The notes under the pieces were generated by a model. It worked only from the letters and a program-made list of their open reading frames with translations, did no database searches and was not told the origin of the DNA. A DNA stretch of 63,443 nt, filler included, from Reticulomyxa filosa (lineage: Eukaryota; Protista; Foraminifera), in assembly GCA_000512085.1 (NCBI GenBank). It is 14 parts of 14 records of this genome, joined end to end, with 100 filler letters (N's around TTAATTAATTAA, not from the genome) between each part and the next. Parts side by side here need not be neighbours in the genome. Positions count along the whole stretch, not along the records: positions 9,079 to 15,455 come from ASPP01046082.1; positions 15,556 to 17,811 come from ASPP01008833.1; positions 17,912 to 41,992 come from ASPP01018891.1; 11 more parts are not named here. One strand, 5' to 3'. Position numbers and translations under genes: made by a program. Every line of letters starts with the position of its first letter. The stretch's first letter is position 1. Positions 14,301 through 27,500 of this stretch are shown here, piece after piece.

Positions 14301-14944
14301 CAAGTTTTTTAAATATTATCAACTTTTTTTTTAGGCTAATAGGTGCATGCGCGACGTGAAATTAGTCTTTTTTTTTTCTATTCGAAGAAGGTCAAAGCAA
14401 TAATGCTGGTAATCTATTTCAAAAGATAAACATTTTGCAGAATTGTATTACTTTAAAGAAAAGAAAGTACATATAATTGTTTTGATAAAAAAACTTCGAA
14501 GAAAACACTTTTTGCAATGTTACTAAAAAAAAAAAGGGACAGGAAATTTCGGATAAAAAAATCATAATAGTCAAGTTATGATCAATCAAATGGCCGATTT
14601 CTGTGTAAACACCATGACGCTGTTAGATGAACTTCTGTTGCCCTTGTGTGGCGATGATCGCTTCGTCGTCATGATTTGTACGAAGCGACAGAGAGGAAGC
14701 TAATTTTGATATTTGCAAACGAACAAATAAACTGCTTTCTATTTGCGCATGAAATTAATCAATCAGGAGAAGGCCTTATATGTTTTGATTTGACAGATAG
14801 TATGTATGCAAATCATTGTAACAATGATAATAATAATATGATTGTAAAATGGACAAATATGTCTTGATATTGTGTGCTTTTTTTTTGTGTTTGTACAAGA
14901 AAATAATCAAAGGCCTGACAGATCAGGCAAAAATATAGATACAT

Positions 14945-15455
14945 GTGGAACAGTCTTCTTTGAACAATATATGCACACGCACATGCACATACACATTAAA
15001 CAAAAAAACACATCAAACTGAAAGAACAATTAGATATATTTATGAAACAATCGTTCCAAAGCAAAATGACAAATTTGATCTAACAATGAAATTGATGACT
15101 CATGAAATGGCTAGCAAAATGGATGCTTTGCAAACTAAGATCGACGAATTGGCGAGTCAAAAAGAAGCAACTGCAAAAGAAAATCAAGACAATTTCCAAA
15201 GTTTTGAAAAAGTTGGAAGAAACAAAGGAAGATATCCAAACGTCAATTCGATCCAATTCCAAAGCTTTTTCGGTTTCTTTTATAATTAAGTATATGAAAA
15301 AGGAATGAAAGAATTGCAAGTTGCAATTGGCAACTTTATTGGGATTATGTTATCACTGACGAACTTAAACATAAATATCCAGATTTGATTGAAGATTGGA
15401 GTTGCAATGTTGTGGATTGTTTGATGAATATGAAATCAATTTCATCAAAAAAATG
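14945..15455 (+). pseudogene. Coiled-coil protein fragment, frameshifted
   Basis: EMASKMDALQTKIDELASQKE then KKLEETKEDIQTSIRS in an adjacent frame; truncated by contig end. Confidence 0.3.
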
Positions 15456-15555
15456 NNNNNNNNNNNNNNNNNNNNNNNNNNNNNNNNNNNNNNNNNNNNT
15501 TAATTAATTAANNNNNNNNNNNNNNNNNNNNNNNNNNNNNNNNNNNNNNNNNNNN

Positions 15556-16232
15556 ACACACCGATCCATTCTATATACATATACAAATATGTATATATTT
15601 GTATATGCCATCTGATAAAGGCTCTCAACTCTTTTTTGATGAATTTCATGAATTTCATCTTCGGCAGATATGACACGTTCATTGCTAGTACTTTCATTCC
15701 ACACTTTGTCTGCTTTCTCTCCGTCTTCGCTCACCGTGATTGTGATGCTCGATTGGTACTCTTGATTACTCACTTCGTGCTCTTCATCCAATGTTTTATC
15801 CGTTTCGTACGTGAATGCTTTCTTTTCATTCATCTTTGGAACATTTCATCAAAAAAAAAAAAAAAAGGGGTCTCGTACAAAATGCATCCCCTATAATGAC
15901 TTTTTTTTTTTTTTTTTTTTGTAACACAGTGAATATTAGAAATAAACTCCTGGTAGTCTTTTTTGACTGTATTTCGAGGCCATGTGTGCAATGACACTTA
16001 TGTCTTGGTTATTGCTATGCGTATTCCTCGGCGTATGTGGATTGCTCCCAAATTGTACTTTTTTTGGACTTGTCACCCTTTGCACTCTTGGCTTGTCCGT
16101 CTCCTCGTTCCCGTTATCTATATCCACGTCAATATCATAGTCAAACCCTTCTTCTTCTTGCACACTATTGTCTCCGACGTTCACTGTTATGTCGCTTGGC
16201 TTTGCTGTTTCGGCTTTGTTAGAGTCCTCCAT
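15556..16232 (-). CDS. Hypothetical acidic protein, 5' exons (truncated)
   Basis: Two hydrophilic exons (MEDSNKAETAKPSD..., KAFTYETDKTLDEEH...) separated by an AT-rich intron. Confidence 0.55.
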
Positions 16233-16809
16233 ACTTTACTTAATTCTATTTTATTATTTTATTTTATTTGCTTTTTGCCCTTCTGTTGTTTTGCTTTTCT
16301 TGATTCAACGTAAGAGGATCGATTTCACACTACTCGGGATGCTCCAACCCGATTTCAACACAATAGTGCAGTTTTCCCCTCCTTCCCGAACAAACTATTT
16401 GCTTTAAATCTCTTGTTTCATTCCCGGTACTCTGTATACAACTTCTCCAATTGGATAAAATCCGCTTTGAAATAAAAAGAGCACATAAATCTGTGTGTTC
16501 GTACAGCTTTCTAAAAATGACTCGTTTTGCAGTTTTTTGATAATATACGCGAAGCGTCTATGTAAAATTACGATATGTTATTTAAATGTAATCTCTGTCG
16601 ATATTTTAACTCTAACGTTCTTTGTCTTTTGAGTACGGATACAAAACCCTGACGAGCTACGTTCTAAAAGGGGGAAAAATAAATATAAATATAAATACGC
16701 TGAGAAATGTCATCATTTTTACATAAAAGTTTTTTGTTTATTTTTTTGTTATCGCAGAAAGTTGAGAGTTGTTTCGACGTGACAACATTTGTGACCCTGT
16801 GGATTTGTT

Positions 16810-17772
16810 TTGGTGGTGTGTGTTTCAGTGCTGTGTGGCAGCAAAGACGTTCGCGAAGCAACAGCAAAAAGGTCGCACCATATAAACACAGACTCGTTGG
16901 ACATGGGTTACAACAAGTTGGACAAGCATCTGGAGAGCAAGAGACGACGAGACAAAGCAAATGAAAGACGAAGCGAAGAGGAAGAGCAAGTAGAAGAGGA
17001 ATCACAAACGAATGCGAGAGCAAAGTCAAAGTGGCAGCAAACAGTGGAAGTCGAGCACACGCGAACAAAAAGGAAAAAGCAGTGCATAAAGATGAGATAT
17101 CCAAAGAACGAAAACAGCAAAGAGTTGTATAATCGATTGGTGGAATTGCAAAGAAAGCAACAAAGTGCGAAAATGCCAGTATGCATAGCACGCGTATTAT
17201 CATACGAAGAAAGCGACAATGATTTTTGTTTGATATTTGAAGCCGTGAATGGCAATACGAACAACAATGCAACGACAACAAACGAAGAAGAAGAATTAAT
17301 AACAAGTACTCCCAATGTATTGGAATATTTGAATGAGTATGTAAAAAGTTCGAAGCGATTGAAAGAAGAGGACATAATAGCAATGGTGCAACAAATAATT
17401 GTCATAATAACAACGCTGCATCAACATCGGATTGCGCATTTGCGCGTGGACCCCAATTCGTTTTCGGTGATCAATAAAGGAGGAGGAGGAGGCATTGTGG
17501 TATTGCATCGCTTGGATCAATGCCGTTACGTGTCCGATAATGAATACTATTCTTTGTCGCAATTGCCAATGATCGACCAATGGTGGTGCGTGCCACCGGA
17601 CATAATGATGTCCGACTGCCATCCAAACAGCTTCCAGCATGCCCAGCACACTGCTAGCAAATACAAAGGGATGCAATTGAAAGCTGCCGATATTTATCAT
17701 ATTGGAGTGTTGACCTTTGTTATGTTGCAAGGGTATATGCCAATGTCACTTGAGTTTATTATAAATAAATAA
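16810..17772 (+). CDS. Protein-kinase-fold protein, probable CAMK-like pseudokinase (3' truncated)
   Basis: Kinase subdomains FCLIFE, LKEEDIIAMVQQI..LHQHRIAH, CVPPDI and AADIYHIGVLTFVMLQGY. HRD is HLR and there is no DFG. Confidence 0.75.
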   Translation: MVVCVSVLCGSKDVREATAKRSHHINTDSLDMGYNKLDKHLESKRRRDKANERRSEEEEQVEEESQTNARAKSKWQQTVEVEHTRTKRKKQCIKMRYPKNENSKELYNRLVELQRKQQSAKMPVCIARVLSYEESDNDFCLIFEAVNGNTNNNATTTNEEEELITSTPNVLEYLNEYVKSSKRLKEEDIIAMVQQIIVIITTLHQHRIAHLRVDPNSFSVINKGGGGGIVVLHRLDQCRYVSDNEYYSLSQLPMIDQWWCVPPDIMMSDCHPNSFQHAQHTASKYKGMQLKAADIYHIGVLTFVMLQGYMPMSLEFIINK

Positions 17773-19001
17773 AAATTAAAGAAATAAATAAATTTTTTTT
17801 TTTTTTTTTTTNNNNNNNNNNNNNNNNNNNNNNNNNNNNNNNNNNNNNNNNNNNNTTAATTAATTAANNNNNNNNNNNNNNNNNNNNNNNNNNNNNNNNN
17901 NNNNNNNNNNNAAATACAAAAATCATATTTTATAAAAAGTGTGTTGCATGTAATTACATTTTAAAGTTAAATTTATAATTATATATTTAGAAAAAAAATC
18001 ATTGCCAAAGGCAATATGTATAATTTGTATATTTTTTGTTTTTATTTTTTCTCATAGTCACATAAGTAAGTTAATTAAACATACCCTTTTAACATCTATG
18101 CATCACACTTTTTTTTTTGACAGAATAATAATACAATTAAATCATTTATTGAAATTATTGTAGACAACGATTTCTCTGAAAAACATGTTTGTAAAGTTGT
18201 TACATACAAACGAGACCAGAAATCTTTGGAAATTTTGACATTTCTTATTTAAAAAAAATTTTCTTTACATCACAAAATTACTTTGTTGAACTAGTTCAAG
18301 TTTTTTTAGCAAAGATACCCAATGAAACGTAAACAATAAATAAAGACAATTAAAGCACCTAATGTTTAATAATACATAAAACGGTTTCAAAAATTATAAA
18401 TCAAAAATTTAAAATAAATAACACGTTTGGATTTAAAAAAGTGTTGAAACAAATTTCAAAAGATAAAATAAAAGACTAAAATCAAAACAACATTTAAAAA
18501 CTACACAACTAGTAGTTATTTTTTAAAGTGATTGATTAAATGCTTTTTTTCGTGGAGAAAATCAATCATCCTTATAAAGTGTCGTTTTATGTGCCAACTT
18601 TCTTTTTTATTCTACTGTACAAACAGTTATCAATGCAAAAGCGTGATTATGGAAGTTGACAGTTATCATAAGGCACACTCAAATATTTAATGTTTCAGCA
18701 AATAAATTATTTTGCAAACAATTATCTTGGGTGTTTAATTACTCTTCATATTTTGTTAGTTCATCATATCCAAGTGTATAACGTGAAAAATGAGAAGCAA
18801 TAAAGAAAGTACTTTTTGAAAATTTAAATAGAATTATTTTTTTCTAAAGGATAGTGAAATTGTTCTTCAATATTATGTTTTGTGATCTTTTGGGAACTGA
18901 AATGCATCAAAGTTACTTACGACTTTGAATTTTGAGACAAAACTCAATTATCTTATTTTTCTTAATATTACACTTTTCAACTATCTTCATTTTTATTTAT
19001 G

Positions 19002-20171
19002 TTACCACCAGATATAGATTGCTCCATTATTCGAAGAAGATATAATTTTATTACCATCTGATGAAATATCCACGCTTTGTAAGGAATATCCTTCCAAATT
19101 TTGTATTTCACATCCTGTTCTTGCATCCCACAGTCGGATTGTACCATCTCTTGAACAAGACACAATAGTTTGACCATCTGGAAAATATTTTACATCATTC
19201 ACGTTATCTGAGTGCCCATCCAATATTTTCAATTCATTTCCTGATTCCACATTCCATATTCTGACTGTTTTATCATCTGAACAAGACACAACAAATTTGC
19301 CATCTAAGGAAAATTTTGTGTGATTTATGTAGTTTGAATGCCCTTTTAATTGCTTCAATCTTTCACCCGATTTTGTATTCCATATACCAATTGTATTGTC
19401 AGTTGATGATGATGCAATCTTTTGACCATCTGGTGAAAATTGTACATCTAATACACCACCTGAATGGCCAATCAATACTTTAATCTCATTTCCGGAATCA
19501 ACATCCCATAATCTTATTGTTTTATCTGTTGAACATGATACAATATTTTTGCCGTCTGAGGAAAAGTTGATACCCCATACCCAATCAGAATGTCCTTCTA
19601 ATTTCTTCAATTCTTTTCCTAATTTTACATCCCATAATCGAATTGTATTGTCTCCGGCACCTGAAGCAATAATTTGCCCATTTGGCGAAAATTCTGCGGC
19701 AAGAACCAAACCAGTATGCCCCTTAAAAATTTGAATTTGTTTTCCTGACACAACGTCCCATATTTGAAGTGTTTTATCATCAGATGATGAAACAGCTTTT
19801 TGACCATCTACTGAGAAGCGTATTCTATTTACACTACTCTTATGTTCGTTTAAAAACATCTGCAATTGAAAATGTTTGGCCTGTGTTAGTGTATGAACTA
19901 ATGTTATGTTGGAATACAAACAAACAAAAAACTTAACATATTTGAATACAATTTTATTAAAATCTTTGATCCATCCAAATTTAATATTCAAAATTCTAAC
20001 CCAATTTTGAATAATTATAGTTGTATCGTTTTCTGACTGTTGTTCGTTCATTTGTTAATTTAACCAAACAGTTTGTGTTGATATTAAGAATCTGCTGTAC
20101 ATTTGAGAAGTGTAATCAGAGCTTACCAACTGTGGTGTTGTATCAGTTGGTTCCTTGATAATAATATCCAT
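19002..20171 (-). CDS. WD40-repeat protein (about 7 repeats) with N-terminal GWIxDF cassette
   Basis: Exons 20171-20127, 20036-19938 and 19880-19002 with GT-AG introns. Repeated GH...FSPDG...SxSxDxTIRLWD. Confidence 0.92.
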
Positions 20172-22502
20172 TGTTTTCTTATGAATGAGTTTAAAAAAAA
20201 TTTTGAACTTTGTGAACCTTCTTGATTCAGTTTTTTGAAGGCTTTTTTCTTGACAATTAAAAGACGATATTTTTACTATTTGTATTTTTTGAAAAGAATG
20301 CACCTGCTTTGTCATAATCAAAAGCTATCGATTATCTATTCTTGGTATTTTTTCCAATTGGAATAAAATAAAATATCATTGCTTTACACTCAAGCAATGA
20401 GCACGATTAACAATGAAGACATAAAAAATATATAATAGTCCATTTTGTGGTGAATAAGATCATCAATTGGACAGATTGAAAAATTTCAATTTTGCATCGA
20501 CATTAGCAAATTAAATTTTCTTTCAATTACGACAAACTGTACAAGTTTCTTGACATATTGGGCATTGTTCAGTACCATGTCTGTCTTCTGTCATAGCACT
20601 CGTCATGTTTGATAACTAGAAGTTAAACAATTGTCTTTCTAATCTCTGGTTTGAAAAGAATTGTCGAGATATTTGAAAACTTTGTGGAAACTTGGGTGCA
20701 TAAGTTGGTAAGTGTAATACGACAGATGCTCTTATTGAGAGCGTTTTTCAATAAAACAAAAGTGAATTAGATAAAAGAATAATGATAACAGAAGGAAAGA
20801 AAGCAACAAAAAAAAGTGAGTAGAGTTGTGGAGAAGTTTATCCCACAGGGGATTCCTCAAATCCTTGGATTGATTTCTCTTGCAAAGATTCTTAGTATTT
20901 TGAGAATATATCAGATATACATTTTTTCCCACAAGCTGACAACAAAAATGGACTAAGATTATAACTGTCCTAAATGTACACACCATCAAGAACTTAGATA
21001 CACAAGAATGGCAAAAAGTACTAAGCAAGAAGACAAAAAATTTACTTTTTATACTAAAACTGGAACGAAAATGTTTTCACGTTGTTATAGCCAATATTTT
21101 TAAGTGGTCAACGTTAGAGACTTAACCGTAAAAATGAGATGATTTCTCGAGTAATTTATTGAAGTTTTTGAGGAAAAAATTAATCTTAACATCATTTACT
21201 ACATATTATAACTTTGTTAAAAAAGTTTTGTTTTGAATTATTGATATTGAAACAACTAGATACTACAATATCTAGCAGTATCTGAGAGAATTTTGAAGAG
21301 ACTATATATTTTTTGATATAGTGTTTGATATAATGAATTACGTTCAGTTGTGGACAAATATCCAAAAAATTCTTCCAGAAATTCGCAGTATATTGGACAT
21401 CCTATTGTTCGTAATTAATACTAATAGCGAAATTTTAATAGCTTTGAAGTTTTTCTAAGCAATATCAAGTGTATGGTCCATAAACAAATTATGTATCCTA
21501 AATTATTTAATCTTTTACTAAGATATGACATTGCGATAAGTATCTCAAGATTTTCAACGTATTGTACAAAAATCGTTTTGGTAGCTTCTGAACAATTCAG
21601 ATATGTAATTTTGTACCAATGAAAAATTCAAAATTTTGAATATCATTCCAAACTGGTGTACGTACTAGTTTTGTATAACACTTGAATAATTTTGTACTTG
21701 TTAAAATTGTAGGGAAAGTCCCTATTATAAATCCCCAACTACTAACGGAACGGTGGGACCCCCAGTGGGTTAAAACCCTATTCACAACACAACTCACTTT
21801 TCTCTCGTTGTACTTGTTTCTTTCATTTTAGTTGTTATTATTCTTTTTTAATTTACTTTCTTTTACTGAAGTTGTTCTTTTGGAACTAAGTTCCTTTCGT
21901 ATTACACTTAGTCTTCTCACAAATCCCACAAAATGATATTTCTGAACATTGGTTAAGTGGCTTTATGTGGATAAGTTGCTGTTTGTCTTTCTTGCTACAT
22001 GCATAATGATATCATGCATACTATTCATGAAACTAATCACACAAAAAAACTGAGAAATGCTTTTTATTATTTCGACGACTTTTTATGACTTAGATTGTTT
22101 GGTATATTATCCACTAAAAACTTTTGTGTTCAAAGTTACTTTTTTATTTCATTACTCCTGTAATTTCCATCTTTTTCATTTATTTGTCTTCTTATTCCAC
22201 TTTTACAACTTCTCTCTTCTTAAAAATTGTGTGAGCTATTTTGAATCGCTACGAATTAGAACTGTGTTTCGCGGCATTATAGAAATACGCAAAATATACT
22301 GAAATAAAGCATCACCATCTTATATGTCTGCAGCCTTGGTTTTTCTGTTTTCCGCCAATTGTAAAGAAAGGAGGATTATTTTTAGTAATGACAGAATTGT
22401 CAAGATATCAAAGTTACACAACCTAACAAGTGTTCGTTAGTTTTTTTGAAGTACAACTTTTAAAGACAGAACTAAAACTTGCTAGCGGGGAGCCTTTTAT
22501 TC

Positions 22503-23970
22503 ATGCCGTTGGATCGTTTTAAAGGATGTACAGGAATAGTCCTGTTGGCGATAATAGTATTACTAGCTCTAAATTGGAATCGTGATTGCACATACTTGTG
22601 GAAGGTATTCTGCATACTGACAGTGGTGGACGGACTAGGAGTGTTAGTGCTCTATAAGATTGAAAAAGCGCTCGTCGAATGTTGTTGCAATATATGTTGC
22701 TGTTGCTTCTCGGACAAATATTCAGAGGGGGCAATTCGTTGTAAAATATGTTGTCAAGGGATTGTATTGCATCCGTGGCCTTTTCTGCTTGGTTACAATG
22801 CATACGGTTTTTACTTGTGGACAAGAATGCAATACGACAATTGCGATTCTCGAACAGAAAAATGCTTTTTAGGATATAATATCCTTTTATTGACCTATTC
22901 GCTTTACGTGTGTGTATTTTACTTTAACCGAGTATCGTATCGTCATCGCAAGCACACAATGGACGTCGCTCTACCGGCACAAATCGCTCCCGCAGACCCT
23001 TCTCCTCAAAATGTCTTTCCTGTGGAAGGGGATCCTCGGCAATACCAACAACAACAACAAGATCCTGTTTTGATCGAGGGTCCTGCATCTTTTGCACCGC
23101 CGCCAATGTCCATGCCTTTTACACCGCCAGTAGCTATGTCTTCTTCACCAAGTACTGTACACCTGCTTGTAACACATATATTTATGTAATTATTATGCAT
23201 ATGCTTTTTTTTTCGTGAGTGGGACAATGGTGGCCCTTTTTTGCATGCTATGCGTGTGATCCAAAAATCACAACACATACGCATACATTTGTAACATATT
23301 CGCAATATGCTGTGTTTGTGTCCTTGCAAAAATTCCAAAAAGAGGAAGATGAAATCGAGGTGTCACTGGAAGTAGAAATGGAGCCTCAACCCGTGGCCCC
23401 ACTTCAAAATGAGCCAAGGCCAGCAGAGAGAAACAAACCGAGGATGTCCCATGGACACAGACCGTCTCAAAGTATTTCAATACAACATATCACTAATATT
23501 GAAAGAATGCAATCTGATCCTCGTCTGCATAAAACTCCAGGAGGAGATGATAATACCCCCGCGAATGAAGTGGAAGTCTCGTGGCCCAGCAAATATCTGG
23601 GCTTTGCTCGTCGGCTCAGTAGTGGCATACTTAACATTATAATGGCCACTGATCCGGAATTAGAATGCGCTGTTTGCTGTGATTCCTTTCAATCTGGACA
23701 GGAATTGGCCCAATTAAATTGTGGTCATGTTAGTGTGTCTACTTATATTCATAATGTACATATTGACATCGTTTTTCTTTCTTTCCACATTTTTTTTGTG
23801 TACTGCATGGCCTCTCAAATTATCCTTTTTTCCTGCTGTTTGCACTATCGCAGATGTTTCATAAGAAGTGCGTTGTCGACTGGCTACTTGAAAATGACAA
23901 GGGAGAATGCCCCTATTGTCGAATGGACGTCAAGAATTATACTAAACGTGGGACACCCCCACCTTCGTGA
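22503..23970 (+). CDS. Multi-pass membrane protein with C-terminal RING-H2 finger (putative E3 ligase)
   Basis: N-terminal hydrophobic helices. CAVCCDSF...LNCGH | intron | MFHKKCVVDWL...CPYCR is a C3H2C3 RING; stop at 23968-23970. Confidence 0.85.
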
Positions 23971-24565
23971 AACAAAAAAAGTGCAACAAATAAACCAAAA
24001 AAATCGATCTGACTTTTTAAGGCATATGTCTTGGACGGAATTGTAGGATAACCTTTACATCACAATGCATTCAGTATCGCTTTTGTTTCATTTGGTGTTT
24101 GTTACGTTTTTTGGATTTTTTTTTCTTTTTGTGTCTTTTTATCTGTTTGAAAAGAAAAATACCGAAAATGAAACTAACTCCAAATTCTTTTATCAAATAC
24201 TCTTTTTGTTTAGTGTAAATTTGACAGAATTTTTTTTCTTAATGGTTCTAACAAAAACTAAAAAAGTGGTTCAATTTGTCGTATTAGAAGTTTGAACGTG
24301 CTAAAAATGATTGCAGACAGTTTCTTTGTTGTGCCACAAGAAATGCACATGAGAGATACAGGCAAATTACACATGTTACTTCAAGGTAACAATGATATCA
24401 AAGATCAGTCAATGTGATGATAATATCCCCCAATGCGAACACAACAAAAAACGAACAAAGAAAACAGAAAATTTATTGTTGATACACAATCAATACAAAA
24501 AAAAGCGTGAAATTGAGACAAATAAAAGAAGTGACAGATGTTTTGAAAGAAAGGACAATCACTCT

Positions 24566-27500
24566 TTAATCAACTTCTTCTGGTTGTATTGTCTGGTTGA
24601 GGTCATCTCTTCCAGGCTCATCAGCGTTCATGGACAATGACTCCGTGATTGCTAATAACAAGCGCTCTCTCATTACCTCTTTGCTTGAGTACTTTGGTAA
24701 TTCTAAATGGAAAAAGCATGTGTGAGCTTTTGGTAACTGTTGATCAGGATTGGCAGAGGTCTTTATTACAGGTTTAATCAAAAATCGTAGGCGCAATCGT
24801 GCAAACTCTTCATCATCGTTTGGCAATCTCTCTTGGGCCCATGTAAACCGAATAAACTTGCGCTTGTTTTCTGGTGAAAACTCATTCAAAATTTCCCAGA
24901 ACCATTCAATATACTCGCTGTTGGAATCGATGCTCTTGTCATAAACAGTATGTCGTCTTAACAAATTGACATTAATATCAGGAACGCCACAAATTAATCT
25001 CTCTAATTCTTGCCACGTAAACAATGACAGGATTTGAGTAGGCACGATTTTGTGAATACCTCGGCGGATGCACTCAATGTGTGGTACGTGTTCATTCAAT
25101 CTTGCCTGATAAACCAACGAGACATATTCCCGGCGATTCTCAAAAGTCACAGGGATTTCACTACCGTTGGGTTTCAATTCTACCAACGTCATGTCAGACA
25201 ATGTGGTCATAAAGGTTTCTTTGAAGTCATTTTCAAAGTCTTGTTTTTTTTCAATCGGATAATTCCAGATCTCGTCCAACACTTTGCACAATGCCGTGTC
25301 AATTTCGTACAAATCCTTTCGATCACATTTGAGTCCAACCAATGGTTTCCAAACAAATGCAGGTAAAGACAAGTTCAATTTGACACCAGTGCGCAAGCAC
25401 ATGCCAATTAATTTTCCTAAAAATTCAAACATACCAAATTGTTCCTCTTTCAAATTTGCACTATCTTTGGCGGACTGAATATTCAGACTTTCTCCGACAC
25501 CTTGCTTTGCGTTGCCACTAGTCGCTGTCGCAGACAGTAACAAATTGGGGTGTGATGGACGAATGATATACTTATCTTTATTCAGCAAATCCAACTGTGG
25601 TTTTCGACCATTTGGAGTCAATTGGAACAGATATGATTGCAAAGATTGCAACTCGCTACTTACGTCGCTAAAGTATTGGCGATAAGGGCCAGTATCACCT
25701 TCGACGAATTGGCCAATCAATTCTAATACAAACGTGACAAATGGGTCCGTTCCTTGGGGTTTTGGTGGACGCAATTGTGATTCATCCACGCGCGACAATT
25801 GTTGATATCCAAAGCCGAAATTGGATTCCGTGGCGAAATCTAAAGCTCCAACGGTTGATATTTTGTTTAATAATTTCATTCGATTCATTCGAACTACTGG
25901 TTTCTTTTCGACTGCTTCACACGTCGCGTCCATGATATTTTGCAAGAAATCAGATTTCACTTGCGTGAAGATTAGTCATTGCCGGCGATACACAGCAAGT
26001 GTGCCAACGAAGAGGGCATTTCATAGCGAGATAAATCCACAAAGGCCAATACTTTGGCAATAACTGCATTCAAATATTGGAAGGCGCTGAAACGTAATCT
26101 CAACATTTCAATGGGAGTTTCATCTTTCATTGCAAACAGCTCGCGCAAGCTCGGATCGCTTTGCACTTCTTCCGCCGACACGTGTCTCAAATACATTGGC
26201 TTCAGCTGTTGCAAAGAATAAAAGCCTAACTTCTCTGCGATCGTGGTGCAATATTTCATGAACAGTATATCAAACTGTGGATGCTGACTAATTTTGTTTT
26301 CTTGGAACGCGTATTGTTCGGTCAAAGCAATGTCAAAATTGCTATTGAATCGCTTGGTGCCGTAATGATCATAGCCGTTGGCAAATACCCAATCGAACAC
26401 AAGTTTAGGATTTACCTTGATCAACAACATAAGCACGTCATGTAACTGTTTCCTTGTCAACATTTCGGATGGGTCGTTGATGTCCAATTGTTCACATAGG
26501 GAGGATATCAGTTCTTGCATTTCCTCACTCGGCGAGATTTTCTTGGAAAAGTCCTCTCGCATCATTCCTTCACGCTTAGTTTTTTCTTCTTCTTCTTCTT
26601 CTTCTCCAAATAGTATTTTATCAAACAACTCTGGCCAAGGATTTCGGAGCTGCTCTTTGGAGGCATTCTTGTCCGTGCCATCGACTTCCGAGCCTTTTTC
26701 GGCTATGGTCAAGAACAAATCTTTTAAGAATGCGTCTTTGGCAATATGCGAATCGGGCAATTCTGCAAACGGCACAACTTGCAATTCACTAATAATTGGC
26801 TCAATTACGTAGCGTTCGTCTTTTTTTTCAATGGCATGAGAGGAGGCGTTGGTGGTCGGCACACTCGAACTGCGAATTGGAGGCGACGAGATTTGCGGCA
26901 GTGGGGCCAGCACCTCTTTTTCCAAAAACTCGGATTCCACTCCAGGAGGGGCCTTCACTTGCATTCCATTCATGGACAACAATGCCTGCGACACGTCGTT
27001 GCTGGCATTAGTGACCTCGACAATGGCGAATCGATGGGTTTTTTGCTTGTTGGGAGTTGTGGACGGAGGCATTTCTAAAACTCCGTAAAGTTCGAAAGCG
27101 GACAAGGCCAACACAAAATTGCCGCTGGAATTTGGACCAGTGATAATAATTCGGAATTTATGGAAATATTTATGAGACTGGTCGTCTGGGATCTTCCATT
27201 GCTCCACTTGTCCGCCCTTTTTAAATGCCTCTTCGTTTCGGTGTTCGGATAAGATTTCCCATTTGCTATCGCTGTCGATATCATTGGCCTGATCATTCCT
27301 GCCACTCGAATCTTTTCCCCACAGTGCGTAGCTACTTTCCTGACAACCTTCCAATCGCCAATAGCGCAAAGCGTCGCGATCGCTGTGCGAGTAATGTCGG
27401 AGTTTATAAAACGAAGGACACACTCTTCGCTCTCCAAAATCAAAGACGATGAAGCTGTTGATTTCGGACTTGGTCATCCATCTCGCAGGTTTGCTTCCGT

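Noticed and set aside
15355-15455. Possible SAM domain start (IEDWSCNVVDCL)
   Set aside because: Only a few residues before the contig end; unsupported
20300-22000. Possible decayed element or zinc finger (CPICQETCTVC) between the WD40 and RING genes
   Set aside because: No continuous ORF, terminal repeats or recognisable motif set
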